64,000 nucleotides of DNA from the human T2T-CHM13v2.0 reference genome, Homo sapiens (GCF_009914755.1 NC_060940.1); one strand, 5' to 3'. Counted from the stretch's first letter, positions 37,941 to 53,856 are shown. The notes: generated by a model not told the origin, from the sequence alone. A program made the numbers and translations.

Positions 37941-38847
37941 GTTGGAATCATTGTCTTATGCAAAAGCAGGGAATTCCACTGCTCTTCTGATCTTATCCAG
38001 GATGAGAGAAATGCATGTCAAAAACCAGAAGTGAGTAATTTATTTCATTCTCAAATTTCCCTCACCAGAACCCACATTCATTATTGACCAGGAGTCCTGG
38101 CTTGAGTTATTTATTCTTTGTCTAACAGGTAGAGGACCTCCTTGAGTTCCTGAGAAGGGGTACCACCCACAGGAGAGAGAAATGGGGCCCACCCATAGGT
38201 CACCATGGAAGAAGAGGAGGGGGATCTGGAAAGAAACTCAGCACCCACTATTCAGGGCTCCCTCCCAGCCTGACTCCCTTGAGTTTTGACCCACTGTCTG
38301 TGCCTCTGCACAGCGAGTGGGGTGCTTGCCCAGGAGACTCTCCCAAAGGACGAGCCTGCCAAGGCATCCTCCCACATTTGAGACTCATTGCACTGTAAAG
38401 CTGTGATTACAACAGTTCGAGTGATGACTTACAGGTTCATGTTGGGTACGAGAGGTGAGGCTGGAGGAAGGTTGGAAACCACTTCACTAAGGTGAGTAAA
38501 AACTTACTTCAAGAAAATTTACTGCAAGTGAAAGAATGTTTATACCAACTTGACTCATCATGGGCCCAAACTGGAAATACCTACCTGTCCATCAGCAGAG
38601 TGATTAGTATGGTATACAATTTCATTTACACAAAGTCCAAAAATAAACCAAACTAACTGATGGGGATCAATGTAAAAATAGTGGTTACCTTGTCAGGCAA
38701 GTGACAAAACGGTGTTGGAAGGTTCTACTTCTTGATACGGTATTTACACAGGTGTTTTATTTTATGAAACTTATTTGGGCTCTAAACTTATGATTCCTGC
38801 ACTTTCCTGTGCATATGCTTCATTTGTTTTTCAAAAGAGGTTTACTT

Positions 38848-39153
<306 letters not shown>

Positions 39154-40177
39154 TTACCTAAGTCTAAAGCACGGGCTTCCTAAAGTCTCCCTGAGGCACT
39201 GAGAAGATTCAAAACCTGTGGCTTCAGCAGACAAGGATAATGGCACCCAGTGCTAGGGACCAGCACCCTCTGTACCACGCATCAGGGGTTTTGCAGTGGT
39301 CAGCAGCAGGACGAGCAGCACTGTGGGCCACAGAAGCCAGGGCACCAGGAGATGCTACAGGAGCTGAATGTGTCACACGGTGGAGCCCACATGTGTAGAC
39401 ACCCCTCGGTTAGACATTCCCTGGAAATATTTAGGGAGAGCTTGGAACACCCTGACCTTCCTACACAGTGAGTTAGTGTGCATAGAGAAAACATGCCATT
39501 TTTTAAAAGTTACTGTGACCCTGTTTTGATCCTCAGGCTGGTGACAACTAAAACATACTATTTTAATATGTTTCGTGAAAAGTTCCTTGCAAAATGGATG
39601 TAACAAACTGTGGGTTAACAAGCACTTAAAAAATGTTCATTTCTCTTTTTCTCACACCAAATGGGGTTCATTGGGACATAATAAAATAATTTCCTCAAAT
39701 TTAATAGAATTAAAGAAGAATCTGAATTTCTGAGCTATAGACACATCTGAATTTTGATTCTGGATGAACACTATTTAAATCAAAATGTCCTTCTCTGTTC
39801 AAACAACATTAATATTATATTAATGACTATCAAACTGAATATAAAATTGCTCACTCATGACACCCCCTGTCCTATTAAATAAAATTGTTATCTTTAAGCA
39901 TCAGTCAATGGGCATATGCTAAATTTGGTAACCACTACTAGTCACTGAATATGGAGATTTTTCCAAAACTTTGATGTTATAAATATCACTACAATAAAAT
40001 GTTTCGGTATAGTCGGTTTGTTTTTCCCTAACTTTTGGAATATTGACAATAATTAATTGGAATTTATCTCTACTTATTAGGAGTTGGGCATGTTTACATT
40101 CTGTGAAATATGCTTCCTGAGTTCTTCCTTTTAAAAATTATAAATTTCACTGCCAGAGTTTATTTTTAGCTTGCAAT

Positions 40178-40179
<2 letters not shown>

Positions 40180-40223
<44 letters not shown>
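40180..40223 (+). repeat. T44 mononucleotide run
   Basis: 44 uninterrupted T. Confidence 0.97.
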
Positions 40224-40228
<5 letters not shown>

Positions 40229-41479
40229 ATTCATTCATTTTTTAAAATTTCCCTTGCAGGCTTACTTGGGAAAAGGTCAGAAGGATTTCAGCTCTCATGT
40301 TCAACTCTGGCCTAAGTGGGCACTGCAGATTCATAGAGAGAGGTAATTCTGTAAAAGGCAAATTTTATGGCTGTGAGTCTATCCAGGCTTTTGAAATAGG
40401 AACAGCCATGTGCAGCCCCCTCTCGATATGTCTCAACCAACCGAAATCAGACTTCATATTCAAATCGTATCTGGCTGAATTACTTCCAATCTAAAATGGC
40501 TTTGAAATTTTTCATATTAATGGATTTGAATATATAAAGTAATAAGAGAAATCTATAGACCTATATAGTTTTAAAGTTTTATGTATGTGAACCTGGAAAT
40601 ATTAGAAATGTAGCTCATCCTGATGAACAATATTCACAATGTAAGAAGATCTATGATGTGACCCGGGTGCTGGGGAAGGACTTGCCCAATAGCGTGATCA
40701 GTTTCTTAAAGGTCATGAGCAGGAATCTAAGGCAGGGAAGATACTATAGCAGACAAAAGAAAGAAAGAAAGAATGAAACCATCTAAAATATTCTTATTTG
40801 CCTCTAGCGGGATGCTGGAAGGCCTGTACGCCTCTTCCCACGAATGTCATGCTGCACTCACCAAGTCGTCAGATTTAAATTTTTTTCCCAAAATGTTTCC
40901 AAATGTTTTACTAAAGTGATATTGAGTAGGAATTTTAAAGGGGAAATAATTGATAGTAAAAAAAAAAAAAAGAAAGAAAGAAAAAATGGATATGGCAAGT
41001 GTAAGGGTTAAAATGTTTCTGCTATTAAGAATAAAGTAGGGCTCTGAGCTCCCTGGCATCCAAGATAAAGAAGGAAACATGGTTTATTTCACATGAGATG
41101 AGAAATCCTACCAATTCTATAACTGAGTCAAAGAAGAAGCTTGATTTTTGAGTGAAACTTCTTTTCTGGTCCATTATGAAAGGGTCACAGGGAAATATGA
41201 AGGTATTACCTGCCAAAATTTACTGCAAATGCAGAGGTTGAATTCATTCTTTGAGGTTTTAGAGTGACCTTCAATTAAAGTAGAGATGTTGGCTGCCATC
41301 CAATTCAGCAATGGCAATTGGAGGAGGACTAGGATGATATATTTCAGGTTTGTAATAAGAGTCCTGCAAAGGCCTCTATTGCATTTAGGTTTCCAGGGAA
41401 TGATCCTTTGGTTAGCTCAGGGGTCTAACTGGACAAAGATTGAGTGTCTAGAGGCAAGGTCAGCATGATGTTTAGAAAT

Positions 41480-41641
41480 CAGTGTTTTACAAAACTTATG
41501 GATCATCAGAATCACTTTTTTTTTGTCACACTGAATCAAAAACACTGAGGGTAGTGCCTAGAAATGTGTATTTAAAAAAAAGAATTCACTCCCCAGATGA
41601 ATCAAAAGTGGACAGTTTGGGTCAGCATTTGGAAACAAATG
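41480..41641. mobile_element. MER5-family fragment
   Basis: cagtgttttacaaaactt...catcagaatcac...ctgaatcaaaa...ccccagatga...tttggaaac. Confidence 0.55.
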
Positions 41642-42435
41642 ATTGAGAAAGCTCTTCCAGAAGGCTTTCTCTGTGTTCTGGCCTTTGGCAGGACCAAGAG
41701 GAAAATAAAAGGCAACAGGGAACCCTAAAGATTATATACAATGCAGGTCATCTCATGTGGAAGATCGAGGGTAAAAACTTCTTAAGAGCTGCTTAGAGGA
41801 CTTAACAGTTTGTAGAAGAAAGCACAGAGTCCAGGCCATGAGCCCACCACCCTAGCATGTCCACCTTTTCCATTCATGGAGACCAGATACTCCCTGCAAG
41901 GCTCAGGGGCCCATTACAGTCATTCTTTTCACATGGAGATGCCTGTCTGCTCTGGCAAATTTTGATAAATGCAATGCCAAGTTGAGCAGTGTACAACCAC
42001 CGCAAGCAGTATTAATCAAAGAAGGGGCTGGTAGATCTCTCAGATACTTTTGTAGTGAAGGAAAAATAATCACATGTCTGATTTCTTCAAATGACCACAT
42101 TTGTTCATTCGTTTTTTTTTTTTTCTTAACCTAAAAATAAGGCTGCCTGTACTCCAATAGTTAGACTAGCATCATTGGCTCATGTCTAAAAAGATGTCCC
42201 CTGGAGGCCTATTCTTGATTTGTACTCTCTCCAGGTCCCCAAAACACTAAATAAATGAAAGTCGATGGCTTTTAATGAAAGCTTTAGCCTTCTCAGTTAA
42301 GCTTTTAATTGTGTGACAGCCAAACACACACACACACACACATATCACATCACATCCTGAGCTGTTTATTGGCATTACAAACTCTCGGCCTAAATGTCAA
42401 GCTATGCCACAGAAACATGAACAGTTCAGTTTATT

Positions 42436-42745
<310 letters not shown>

Positions 42746-43227
42746 AGTTCAGTTTATTAATGGCAAGTTCGAAGGTTGTTCCCATCATTTACTGCAATGG
42801 GGACTCCAGCTTGCTCAAGCTCTTAGCTTCTAACACAGATCAACACAATCCTAGTGTTGACTTAGAGCATATTAGAAACCCAAAGCACAGGAGAGACTGA
42901 TGAAACTCTTTGGCAGGCTCCGAGTAATCTGTATGCAGAAACCTGAAGCATAAAGACGAGAGGTGCTGCATTGACTTAGATTAAAGTGCATTCCACGGTT
43001 GCCTCTTTTGGATCTATTTACTGTTGATTTGCTGTAGAGCAATGCCTGGACCTTCTTTCTTTCATCAGATAGTAGCCATCATGTCATCTTCTTCTATAGG
43101 GTTGCTGTGATGTTTTGATATAACATGTTTTAGCATGTCTAAAACAGTATCTGACACATAGGAGGTTTTCAAAACAATAGCGACAAGTCTAATTAAGGGA
43201 GAAAATGTTTGTTAAAAATGTGTATGC

Positions 43228-43538
<311 letters not shown>

Positions 43539-44629
43539 TTACTCTTGAATTGAGAAGTTCATTCTTTCAGTTGGGGAATTCAAAGACAAACACTTACAGT
43601 AAAGATCGCATCCAGATGAAGGCCTATGAGGCACAGGAAAATAACAATTGAAAGTTCAACAACGAATCAGGCAAGACATTCTGATGCTGACTCCCACATT
43701 CCTAGTGGTACCTCCAGATCAAAACATGTCTACCTGGATCAAACGCAAGAGTCACTTTTCCACTTCCTTTTGTCATGTCATTAACGTGACAAAATGCTGA
43801 AGGGACAGGAAGCGATGGAGAAAGAACAATGCCAGCTGACAGTAAGGAGAATGGAAGCATCCTACCCTAATGCTTAATGTGAATATACTGGATATTATGA
43901 GTTCATGACACCTTCTTCCCATATGAAAAGAGTAGAAAATTGACCCAAGGAAATAACCTTGGGCCAATAAACATCTATCACCCCATAGGCATCTCAATGC
44001 ATATAAATCCCTTAGTATTTCATCAAGGGAAATGGAATCATCACCACTGGAAAAACAAGCAGCCAAGTAAAGATGGGTATCTTCATGTTTTCTTAAGAAA
44101 TTGCTCCAGGAGAATTCAGCCTCATCAACCTGCAATTTACAGACCCAGAAGCTTTGCTTTATATGGTTCTACCCACATCCCCTGTAGACATCATCTCCCC
44201 TTCAGCCACAAAGTGTAGGTATCAGTTTATCAGAAGGTAGAAGAGACACTTGGTTATTGCTGGTAAATTTAACAGCAGTTACTGAAAATGACTCAGTTAA
44301 ATTCTTGTCCAGTAAATGTTATCAGTTTTCAAGTGGTAGAAAACAAAGGTTTTGTGGATGTCAGGGGCCCCAAATAAACCTCTGTGGCCTGGAGTTTGAC
44401 TTCCCTGTAACTACGGCAGGTGAGGAATGGAAAAGTCTTAATGACTAGCACTGCATGCTAAAGTGCTACCAAAGAATGATCATGCTAAGGTCATTAGCTC
44501 TGAACCATAGTGTTTACCCAAGACCTGAGGCTCACCCACACTGGGCAACATGGCCCCAGGAGCCCAAAGACTTATCCATAAGCTGTCATGTTCTGTGAGC
44601 CTAGCATCTACCAGTACCGTGTACTCAGC

Positions 44630-44790
44630 ATGCATAGTTTATGCCTCACATAGTTCTTCTCCTAGTGTATGTGTGAGAAAGCAGATTCAAAGAGATTAAG
44701 TAACTTGCTCAAAGGCACGTGACCAGTGAGTGGCAAAACAAGGCTTGAACCTAGTTCTGCCACTCCGAGTCTAGTGCACTAAACCCCAAC
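44630..44790 (-). mobile_element. MIR
   Basis: gagattaagtaacttgctcaaaggcac...agtgagtggcaaaacaaggcttgaacctag. Confidence 0.7.
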
Positions 44791-47700
44791 TTTATCCTGT
44801 CTCTTTATGTACTGTTGTTGGAACATAAATGTCACTCGGGAGGTGAGAAGTCATTTCTATTCTTGCTATAACCTCCTCATCCAGCACATGACTTAGTTCA
44901 AAACATGTGTTCAGTAAGTATCGGATGAGGGGATGATGTCAGGACAACTGATGTTGAGACTATGGGCACTCTTAGTCCCTTTAACGCCTTGCCTCTGTTT
45001 ATACCTGACACTGGATTGGACATTCTTCATATATGTTTTCTATCTGGAATTTGTGTCTTGACTTTACTATGCAATATTGCCTTTGCCCTCTGCCTCCAGA
45101 GTCTCCCATTTCCCAGGGGACCATTCCTAGTTTCATTCTAGCATTATTCACTGGACGACCCCTCCCACCTGTCCTTTCCTCTGCACCACCACAGCTGCCC
45201 CTTGACTGGCCCTCGAGCAAAGGCTCCATCTCCCACCCCTAAGCAAAAGAGGAAGGTCATTTAGAATAGAAGGATTCGATGCCCTTGGCACTAGAGAAAA
45301 CGCAGACATTCAGGAAAAGTCTGTGCTGGGAAAAATCTTATGATTTGTGCATTTACACCTGGCTTTAGAGTTAGTAAGTCATGTTTAAAACAAACCATCA
45401 GAAAACTGCTTTATTTTCATAAAGGTATAAATCTCCCAAATTAAGTAGGACGGCTCACATTCTCCTTTCTAGGTTCCTTCTTTAGTGACCGCACAGAAAA
45501 GAGAGGAAGGTGTGATCCCAGAAACATGTAACAACATATTTAAGGAATAGGGAAATATGAATGCTTCATTTAATGCTTAGTTATGACTGAGGAGCTCTTT
45601 ATATATAATCAAATGTCTCAACATCATAAATATGTATCACCACAAAATATGATGGAATTAAATTTAAAGTAAAGATATGCAGAGTAGATGAGAGTTTCTA
45701 GTTATATCACATCTAGGCTGTTTAGGTGCCGAGATTTCCTTTTGCAACAGGAAGGATCTTTATAGAATGTTTCCAATGCCTTCTTCATGAAGAATGTCCT
45801 ACGTCTGCTGGGTTTGGAGACATATAATGTCCACCACTCTCATCTTCTTAAATTCTGTGTGGAAAACATGTGAGGCAGGAGCAGTCAATCTCTGAGTCAT
45901 ACCCAGGCCAGACATGTGTTCCTGGCTGCTTTGGGCCCCCTGCAGCCTTCCTCTGATTACTCTATCACTATTGATTGCTTTTCCTGGGCACCTGGCTAAT
46001 GATTGCAATAAAATGTGACTACGGAAGAGCTTCCTGTTCCGTAAAGATCAGCCTTGATGGTGACCAACCTTGACCTGACAGTGACCTAGGCAGCGTGAGC
46101 CTAGAAGATAAGATAGGTAGGGGTGTGTTTGTGTGTGTGCTTGTGTGTGTCTGTGTTGTGTCACTGATGTAAGACAAGGCAAGTAAGCAAAATAATTCAG
46201 GCCATATGGTCTTGGTTGGCACATACTACCCAGGAAAGATGGGTCCAGACAAGCAAACCCATAATAATAAGTTTCCTGTGAAACAGCACGAGATGACACT
46301 CCCCGCTCCTCCACACCCTAGCTTCAGGCCTAACCATTCACCAGCAAGCTGGTCCCAAAGTCTCCGCTCCAGACCTCCGCTTCATTTCCTGCTTTTAACC
46401 CCTGCAGGCTTGGTCCCCCATGTATTCTCCACACCTGGCTATGTGAAATTTGAATAGACATTTCAATGGAGAAATCCACTGCTGTCCCCAAAGTGCCCAA
46501 AAGTGCCAATTAACCCATAGTGGCTTTTAAACCCACAGCCACTAAAATCTCGCTGGGGCAAGGACTGTGCCAATGAATTTGCAGCTAGCTGTAGGTACGG
46601 AGGTACCAGCGAATTTCACTGGCACCAGTGCCCTTCTCTGCCTTATATTTCAACAGCAGCTCAGTCTGGAAGCTTTTATTCACTCAACTGTGGTGCTATT
46701 TTTATATCTCTGTCAAATCTCTTCCTGATCCCTCTCTTTTGAAAAGGGTCCTTATAAATTCTATCGTAATGGCAGGAATGCAAGAAACTGCAAGGGTGGG
46801 CAGAGACTAGGGGACACGTGGTCCTACAGCTGTTACCATCTTGGCATAAGAAAGCAGGTGAAGTTTTAAAAAAAGACGGCCACACTGCCATGCCTCTGTC
46901 ACCAAAGACAGACCTCACATGTCTGTCTCATGTGTGTTTAAGTGTCTTAACAAGACTGCTCATGTCTTTCACCCTAATCAATACGCAAGTAATTTTTAAA
47001 AATAAAACTAAGTCTATTTTTAACCATATTCTGTGACTCTTGGAACATTAGCCAACTAGAATGTCCCATTTATTTATTCACGGGGTCAATGTGCTTAGGA
47101 GTTTGCAGCCAACTTATTTGTGTATATGATGGAAAAGACTGCAGATACTAAACAAGCAATGCCACGGAGTGTGACACATGTCCTCACTGGAGAAACACCA
47201 AGGGCTGGAGGAGCCCGAAAAAGGGATCTTAACTCAGATTTGCTGAATAAAATAACACTGTGTGGAAGAAAGTTCGTCTCAACTGAAACCTGAAGGATAA
47301 ATGAAGAGCCAGATATAGAGGCAAAAGTGTGTCCCAGGCACGTGTTCCAGAATACACAAAGATCCAGGGAGCAACGACAGTGCAGTGAAGAAAATCTGGT
47401 GTCATTTTTATCTGGTAGCAAGGGACATAATAGTGAGGAATTGGGCTATCAAGGCAACCAGGACCAAGTTATGAAGATTTTTGATAACAACTTCTAATCA
47501 CCTTTACAGTTCACTCCAATTCTGAATCTGGAACCTGAAGAGTCACCCCATGTCCTTTATTTCTGATAAATGGGGGGCTTGGCTACGTATGAACATTTGG
47601 GAGCCCCATCACCTAGAATATAAAGTTCATACTCCTAAGTTTTTAATTAAATGGCTCCAACTCACCCTGTTTGTGAGCCAAGGCAGGGTCATCTCACCCC

Positions 47701-48103
47701 ATCGCAATGCTCCAGCACCCCTTGATACTGACACCATCAGACCAAATTTCTCTGGGTTTCCTAATATTTCACTCTCCTTTCCTAACACTACATTTCTGCC
47801 CATGCCACCCACTCTACCAAGAATTGCCTCTAGTCATATTTGCACTCACATTTGGCTAGCACCTGCCAATCTTTCAGGATTCAATCCAATGCCACCTCCT
47901 CCAGAAAGTGCCTTAAATTCTGTCCGCAAGAATTGAACATTCCTTCATCTGCATTTGCACAGCACTATCAACTTTCTTCCCTAGACTTTTGTTCATAGGG
48001 TTGTATTTCAAGCTCTCAATTTCATCACACAGGGTCTTCTCACACATATTAATACTTAGGTAAATGCAAAGTACTTCTTTAATATCAAGAAATGACAGTT
48101 TGT

Positions 48104-48192
48104 GCCAGTTTGGTGACCTGTAATCCCAGCTACTTGGGAGGCTGAGACAGGAGAATCATGAGATCTCATCAAAAAAAAAAAAAAAAAAAAAA
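48104..48192 (+). mobile_element. Internally deleted Alu right-arm fragment with an A22 tail
   Basis: cctgtaatcccagctacttgggaggctgagacaggagaatca joined to gagatctcatc and poly(A). Confidence 0.8.
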
Positions 48193-48562
48193 GACAATTC
48201 ATTGACTACTCATTTCATATACTGTATAGGACAAGTCATAATTGCAATGTATAATCATGTTATGTACATTCATGGTGACTTGTATGTATGGTCTATATCC
48301 TCAAAGAGATTCTAACTTCCTTCAAAAAGAAAACATACTTGTCTTATTCATTTTTATATTCTTAGGGTTTAATTCCAGGGCATGGGACACACTTCCAGGG
48401 CAAGTGTGCTCATGAATATTGTTGAAAAAATAAATGAGAAAAACAATGTAAATAGACCCTTCCACCCCTCCCTCCCATGCAGGCAGGCAGAAAACCTTTA
48501 ATCCTCTTTAATTTCCTGTTAAGGATTAAACAATACAAACCAATGGAGCCCCTCCTGCCACA

Positions 48563-48563
<1 letters not shown>

Positions 48564-48597
<34 letters not shown>
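48564..48597 (+). repeat. (CA)17 microsatellite
   Basis: Perfect CA run. Confidence 0.95.
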
Positions 48598-48600
<3 letters not shown>

Positions 48601-48966
48601 CAACAACCCTTTCTTAATTCCTTAATCTTCTTTAATTTCCTGCTAGGAATTCCTAGGTCAATGAGGACAGCAGTCAAATGTACAAAATGCCTTTTTGGGA
48701 TGTTCAAGAAAAATGCAAACTTTTGTGGTGGATTATCAGACTGGAGAAATTCAACAAGACAGAGAGTCACCGGGGTTTTACTCCCAACTTTACCACTGAC
48801 TGTTGAAAGGCACTCAACATACCAATTAGAAACTGCACATTTGCACAACTCAGTAAATTCATCAATGATTTAAAAAAAAAAAACCTTTTTTCCAATTCAC
48901 TTTCAACTTTCCAATCTAATGTCCAAATTGCTGCACACACATTCACTAAAAAAACAATGAAAGTTG

Positions 48967-49306
<340 letters not shown>

Positions 49307-52300
49307 CTACTTTCTTTGTTCTTTTTCTTTTTCTTTTTTTTTTTTTTTTAACACCCTCCTCACTCTCCATTGGTATGGTATATGCAAAATTAACTGGCCT
49401 TGAAGAAAGAAAATGGTTTGGGGGTAAGTTAACAGTCTCCTGCTTGAACAATGTCATACGTGTGGGACCATGTTCACTCCTGCGTGGCTAAACTTGGGAC
49501 AAAGGAAGGGTGCATCTGTTTCTAATCTGGCTACAGGCCTCAGGAGTTTTAACCTGAAGTTTGTTGGAGAGTAATTCCTGGAATCATCACCGGAGTAGAC
49601 TTCTAAGAATAGAGACCCTTCTGAAAGCAGCAGCTTAAAGGATCAGTCTGGTGGGGGCCCTGTTCTTTGGCATGATGGAGGAGACCAACTGGAGCTTAAT
49701 AAACTTTCTCCTAGTTCTGGGAAATTGAAAATCAACTTATGGATTTTGTTTAGCATCTGGTCTAGGTGCCTTTTTTCTTAATTACTTACAGAGACATTAG
49801 CAATATACCTACTAGAGGCTTCCTTTTTCTGAGGTCTATTTGTAAACATAAAATGTTAAAGATTTATGGTAATTGTAACATTAAAATCAACCCCCGTGTT
49901 TTAAACAGATCTTGTAGCTGCTACAACTTACTCAATTCCAATTGCATTGTGTAAATTGGCCTAATAATGAAGAGCCATACATTTTCATTAGTGCACTTGT
50001 CCTGTCTGCTGATGGCTGACATTCTAACTTTTGATAAACAGCAGGATTCTCTAAACTGCTGATTTTGCAGCTCTGACTCTCCATTCAGAAGAAAGAAAAT
50101 TTGACTTCTGAATCTTGCTGGTAAAAACTCCTCTTCAAAGATGTTTTAAAATTATAGGCATGTTTTTTAAGACCAATCTAAATGGTCACCTCTTGTTATA
50201 AGCCATTCTTCTCATTTGCAAAATGTACATAATAATGCATTTAGGTCATTCATTCATTCCTTTATTTTTGTGACAGATATTCGATGATTGTTTCCTATGT
50301 ACACCTGGTCCTAGATTAGGTATATGAAGATGAAATAACACAAATATTCAGTGCCTGGTATGTAGAATAGTATATTCAGTAAGTGGTAGAGCCTTCTTCC
50401 CTTTCTACAGGAGTCTAGATAATGTAGATAAGGATAAATTTTTATGATGGTCAACATTACGAAAAAGGAATTGACATCTCTCATGAGAAAGACTTAGCTT
50501 TTGAGAGTAAGAAACATCTTTTGATACCATTCAGCTCTCTCTCTAACTCCTGCTGGGACCCCCCACTGCACTGCTTATGTTTATCTATCTTCAGCAAAAG
50601 TAAGCTCAGTCTACAAGGCAGCCTGTTCTGTGAGTAGACTGAGTAGTTAGCTCTTAACATATGCCTTCAAATAATGGCTCACCCTTTACTGGGCTTGTCA
50701 GAAGTAAAAAAAAGCAAATGACCTCAATTTTCTATATGGAAGATGGTTGTGTTTACTCCTTTCCTAAGCCCTCTTCTCTCAAAACTCATCACCCACTTTT
50801 CTTTAACTGTTTGTTATAAGACGCTGATATAAGTTTTAGCCTCTTCACCCTGTTGTTTACCTGCCTGTGGATGTCAGTCAGCCAATGACCCTCTTAAAAG
50901 AAAATGTGATCTGACTCAAAGTGAAGGAGAAGTGATAACAGCAGAGTTTCCTATGGGCACATTGCTCAAGAATCACTATGTGTTCAACTACTCTTGGGTC
51001 TTCACAAGCAGCCCTGCATGGTTCCTGTTTTACAGTTAAGGAAACTGAAATACAGAAAGGTAATGATTGGCCTACAGCCACACAAATACTAAATGACAGC
51101 TAAATACTAACAGTCAGCAAATACTAAAGACTAAATAAGCAAATACTAAAAGTCAGCTCTCAAACCCTGGGCTCACTCCCCCAAAGTCATTGGATTATTC
51201 TTCCACTCCACGCAGCCCTTGTAGCTGAGGTGTTTATGAGTCCATTCCCCATCTGCCCTGTTTATAGAAAATGTTTCATTTGCAAACACTGGCCCCAAGG
51301 AGAGAATATAGAGGAAAGACTTGTTTGGAGCTTTAGTTCTATATTATCCCCCGAGTAAAACTGTAAAGTCAAAGACCGGGAACCAAACAAAAGAGAATTA
51401 TGTAGAAGTAAGAGGGCTTTAGATGATATATGAAGGCATTTATAGAAAAGTGGCTATTCACAGGGTTATGATTGATTATATATTTAAAATAAACACAGTT
51501 ACTTTTCTTTACTTTGGCTTTAAGAGGGGCTGAACTTTAGCATCATAATGGCCCACTGTTGTCTACATGCAGGTGGCTGGCACATAAATCCCAGAGAGTG
51601 GTGGATTGAGCAGCCAATGGATGGCTCCCATCTATGAACAATGCATATCCTGCATTTTTGCCAAGACACAAGCTAGCAGTGTCTGTGCTCCCATGTCTGT
51701 GCTTCGACTTCATGGGAGAAGCAGTAAGATCTACCTCTCCTTTGGCTTAAAAACGGAGATGATTAAGTGCAATTAAAAGCTAATTGTTGCAATTACTCAT
51801 GCAGCACTTCTTTCCAGAATAAGAAAGGTGCATTTTCATGAACTCTGAGGTTGCAAAGGTATCCTTTAGGGTTATCAAGTCCAGTCTCTAATAGGATACA
51901 TTAGGCATCTGTACAATAACTCAAAGGCAACATAATGCCCAGTGGAATATTTTGAAGAAATGTAAGCACATTATTTCCCAAAGTGGTCCGCCCTTTCCTA
52001 TTTAACTACACATTTTTTCAATATGGTAACTCAGCAGAACATTAAATACTTTCATAATGGCAGTACTCTCTAATAATTTATATTCACTGGGGTATAGAAG
52101 TTAGGAGGGTCAACTAAAAGAAAAAACAAATTGTCATTGAAAATCTATCCATGTGTCAATGGCAGATTTTGGGAAAAAGAAAAAGAGTCTTAAAGTTGTA
52201 ATTGGCTCTGAAGATAGGCTGGTCTGTCATAGTGATGTTTAGACGAGAAAACCAAAGCTCAGATGGGGCTATGATCTGCCCACCATCAGAGAGCAAACCA

Positions 52301-52689
52301 TATTTAGAAATTTTTTTCTATTCGACTAGAACAGCAATAGTCTCTGAATTCATGTCACCACTGCTCCTTAGCCTTCATCATCAGACATATATTTAGGCAA
52401 TGTCATGCAGTGGTTAAAAAATTAGTGTAAATTTTTCTCAGATTCCACCCACACATCGACCTCTAATTGAATGACCAGGCATTTGTTCAACTTCTTCAGA
52501 AACATAGGCACTACACTATGTCATCTTTTAATCTCCCTGAAGACAAAAATAACAACTCAAAATCACATTAAATAGGCGTTAACCCTATTTTAGAGATGAT
52601 AAATATGAGATTCTGTTTTAAATTGCCATTTTTTCTAATGATAACAGTAGTAATAAGATAATTAAGACTCATTAATTAGTATGTTCTGA

Positions 52690-52870
52690 GCATCATGTTT
52701 AGACTGTTTCTCAATTTTTTTAATTTTAATAATGATAATATTTGGTAAATATTACTATTATGTTCATTTTACAGAACAGAAAACTGAGGTTTCAAGAGGT
52801 TAAGCAACTTCTCCAATGGCACTGACCTGGAAAGATGGAGCTGGGATTTTAACACAGGTAGTTGGACACC
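52690..52870 (-). mobile_element. MIR
   Basis: cattttacagaacagaaaactgaggtttcaagaggttaagcaacttctcca...ggagctgggatttt. Confidence 0.75.
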
Positions 52871-53172
52871 AAAAACCTACATTTGTACAGGAAGACAAGT
52901 GTGAAAATATATAGTAAACATGGACACTTAATTGTACAATGGAAAAGAGAATGCAAATATTTGCTTTAAACACTTTGAAAAACTAAATGTAAAAAAAAAA
53001 AAAACAAATGATTTAAAAAATGAGAAGAGCAAAATGTCTGATTATATGTGACTTGTGACCGCATACATGCAAAAATATGTGTACATATGGACACCCATTG
53101 GAAAGATAAAACCATTGATTTCTAAGTAATGAGACTTGGAACTCTTTACTTTTAGATTTAAAATATTCTTCA

Positions 53173-53856
<684 letters not shown>

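Noticed and set aside
43570-43676. Exon-like segment tttcag...cag|gcaaga
   Set aside because: Non-canonical GC donor, stop in the longest frame, no other support.
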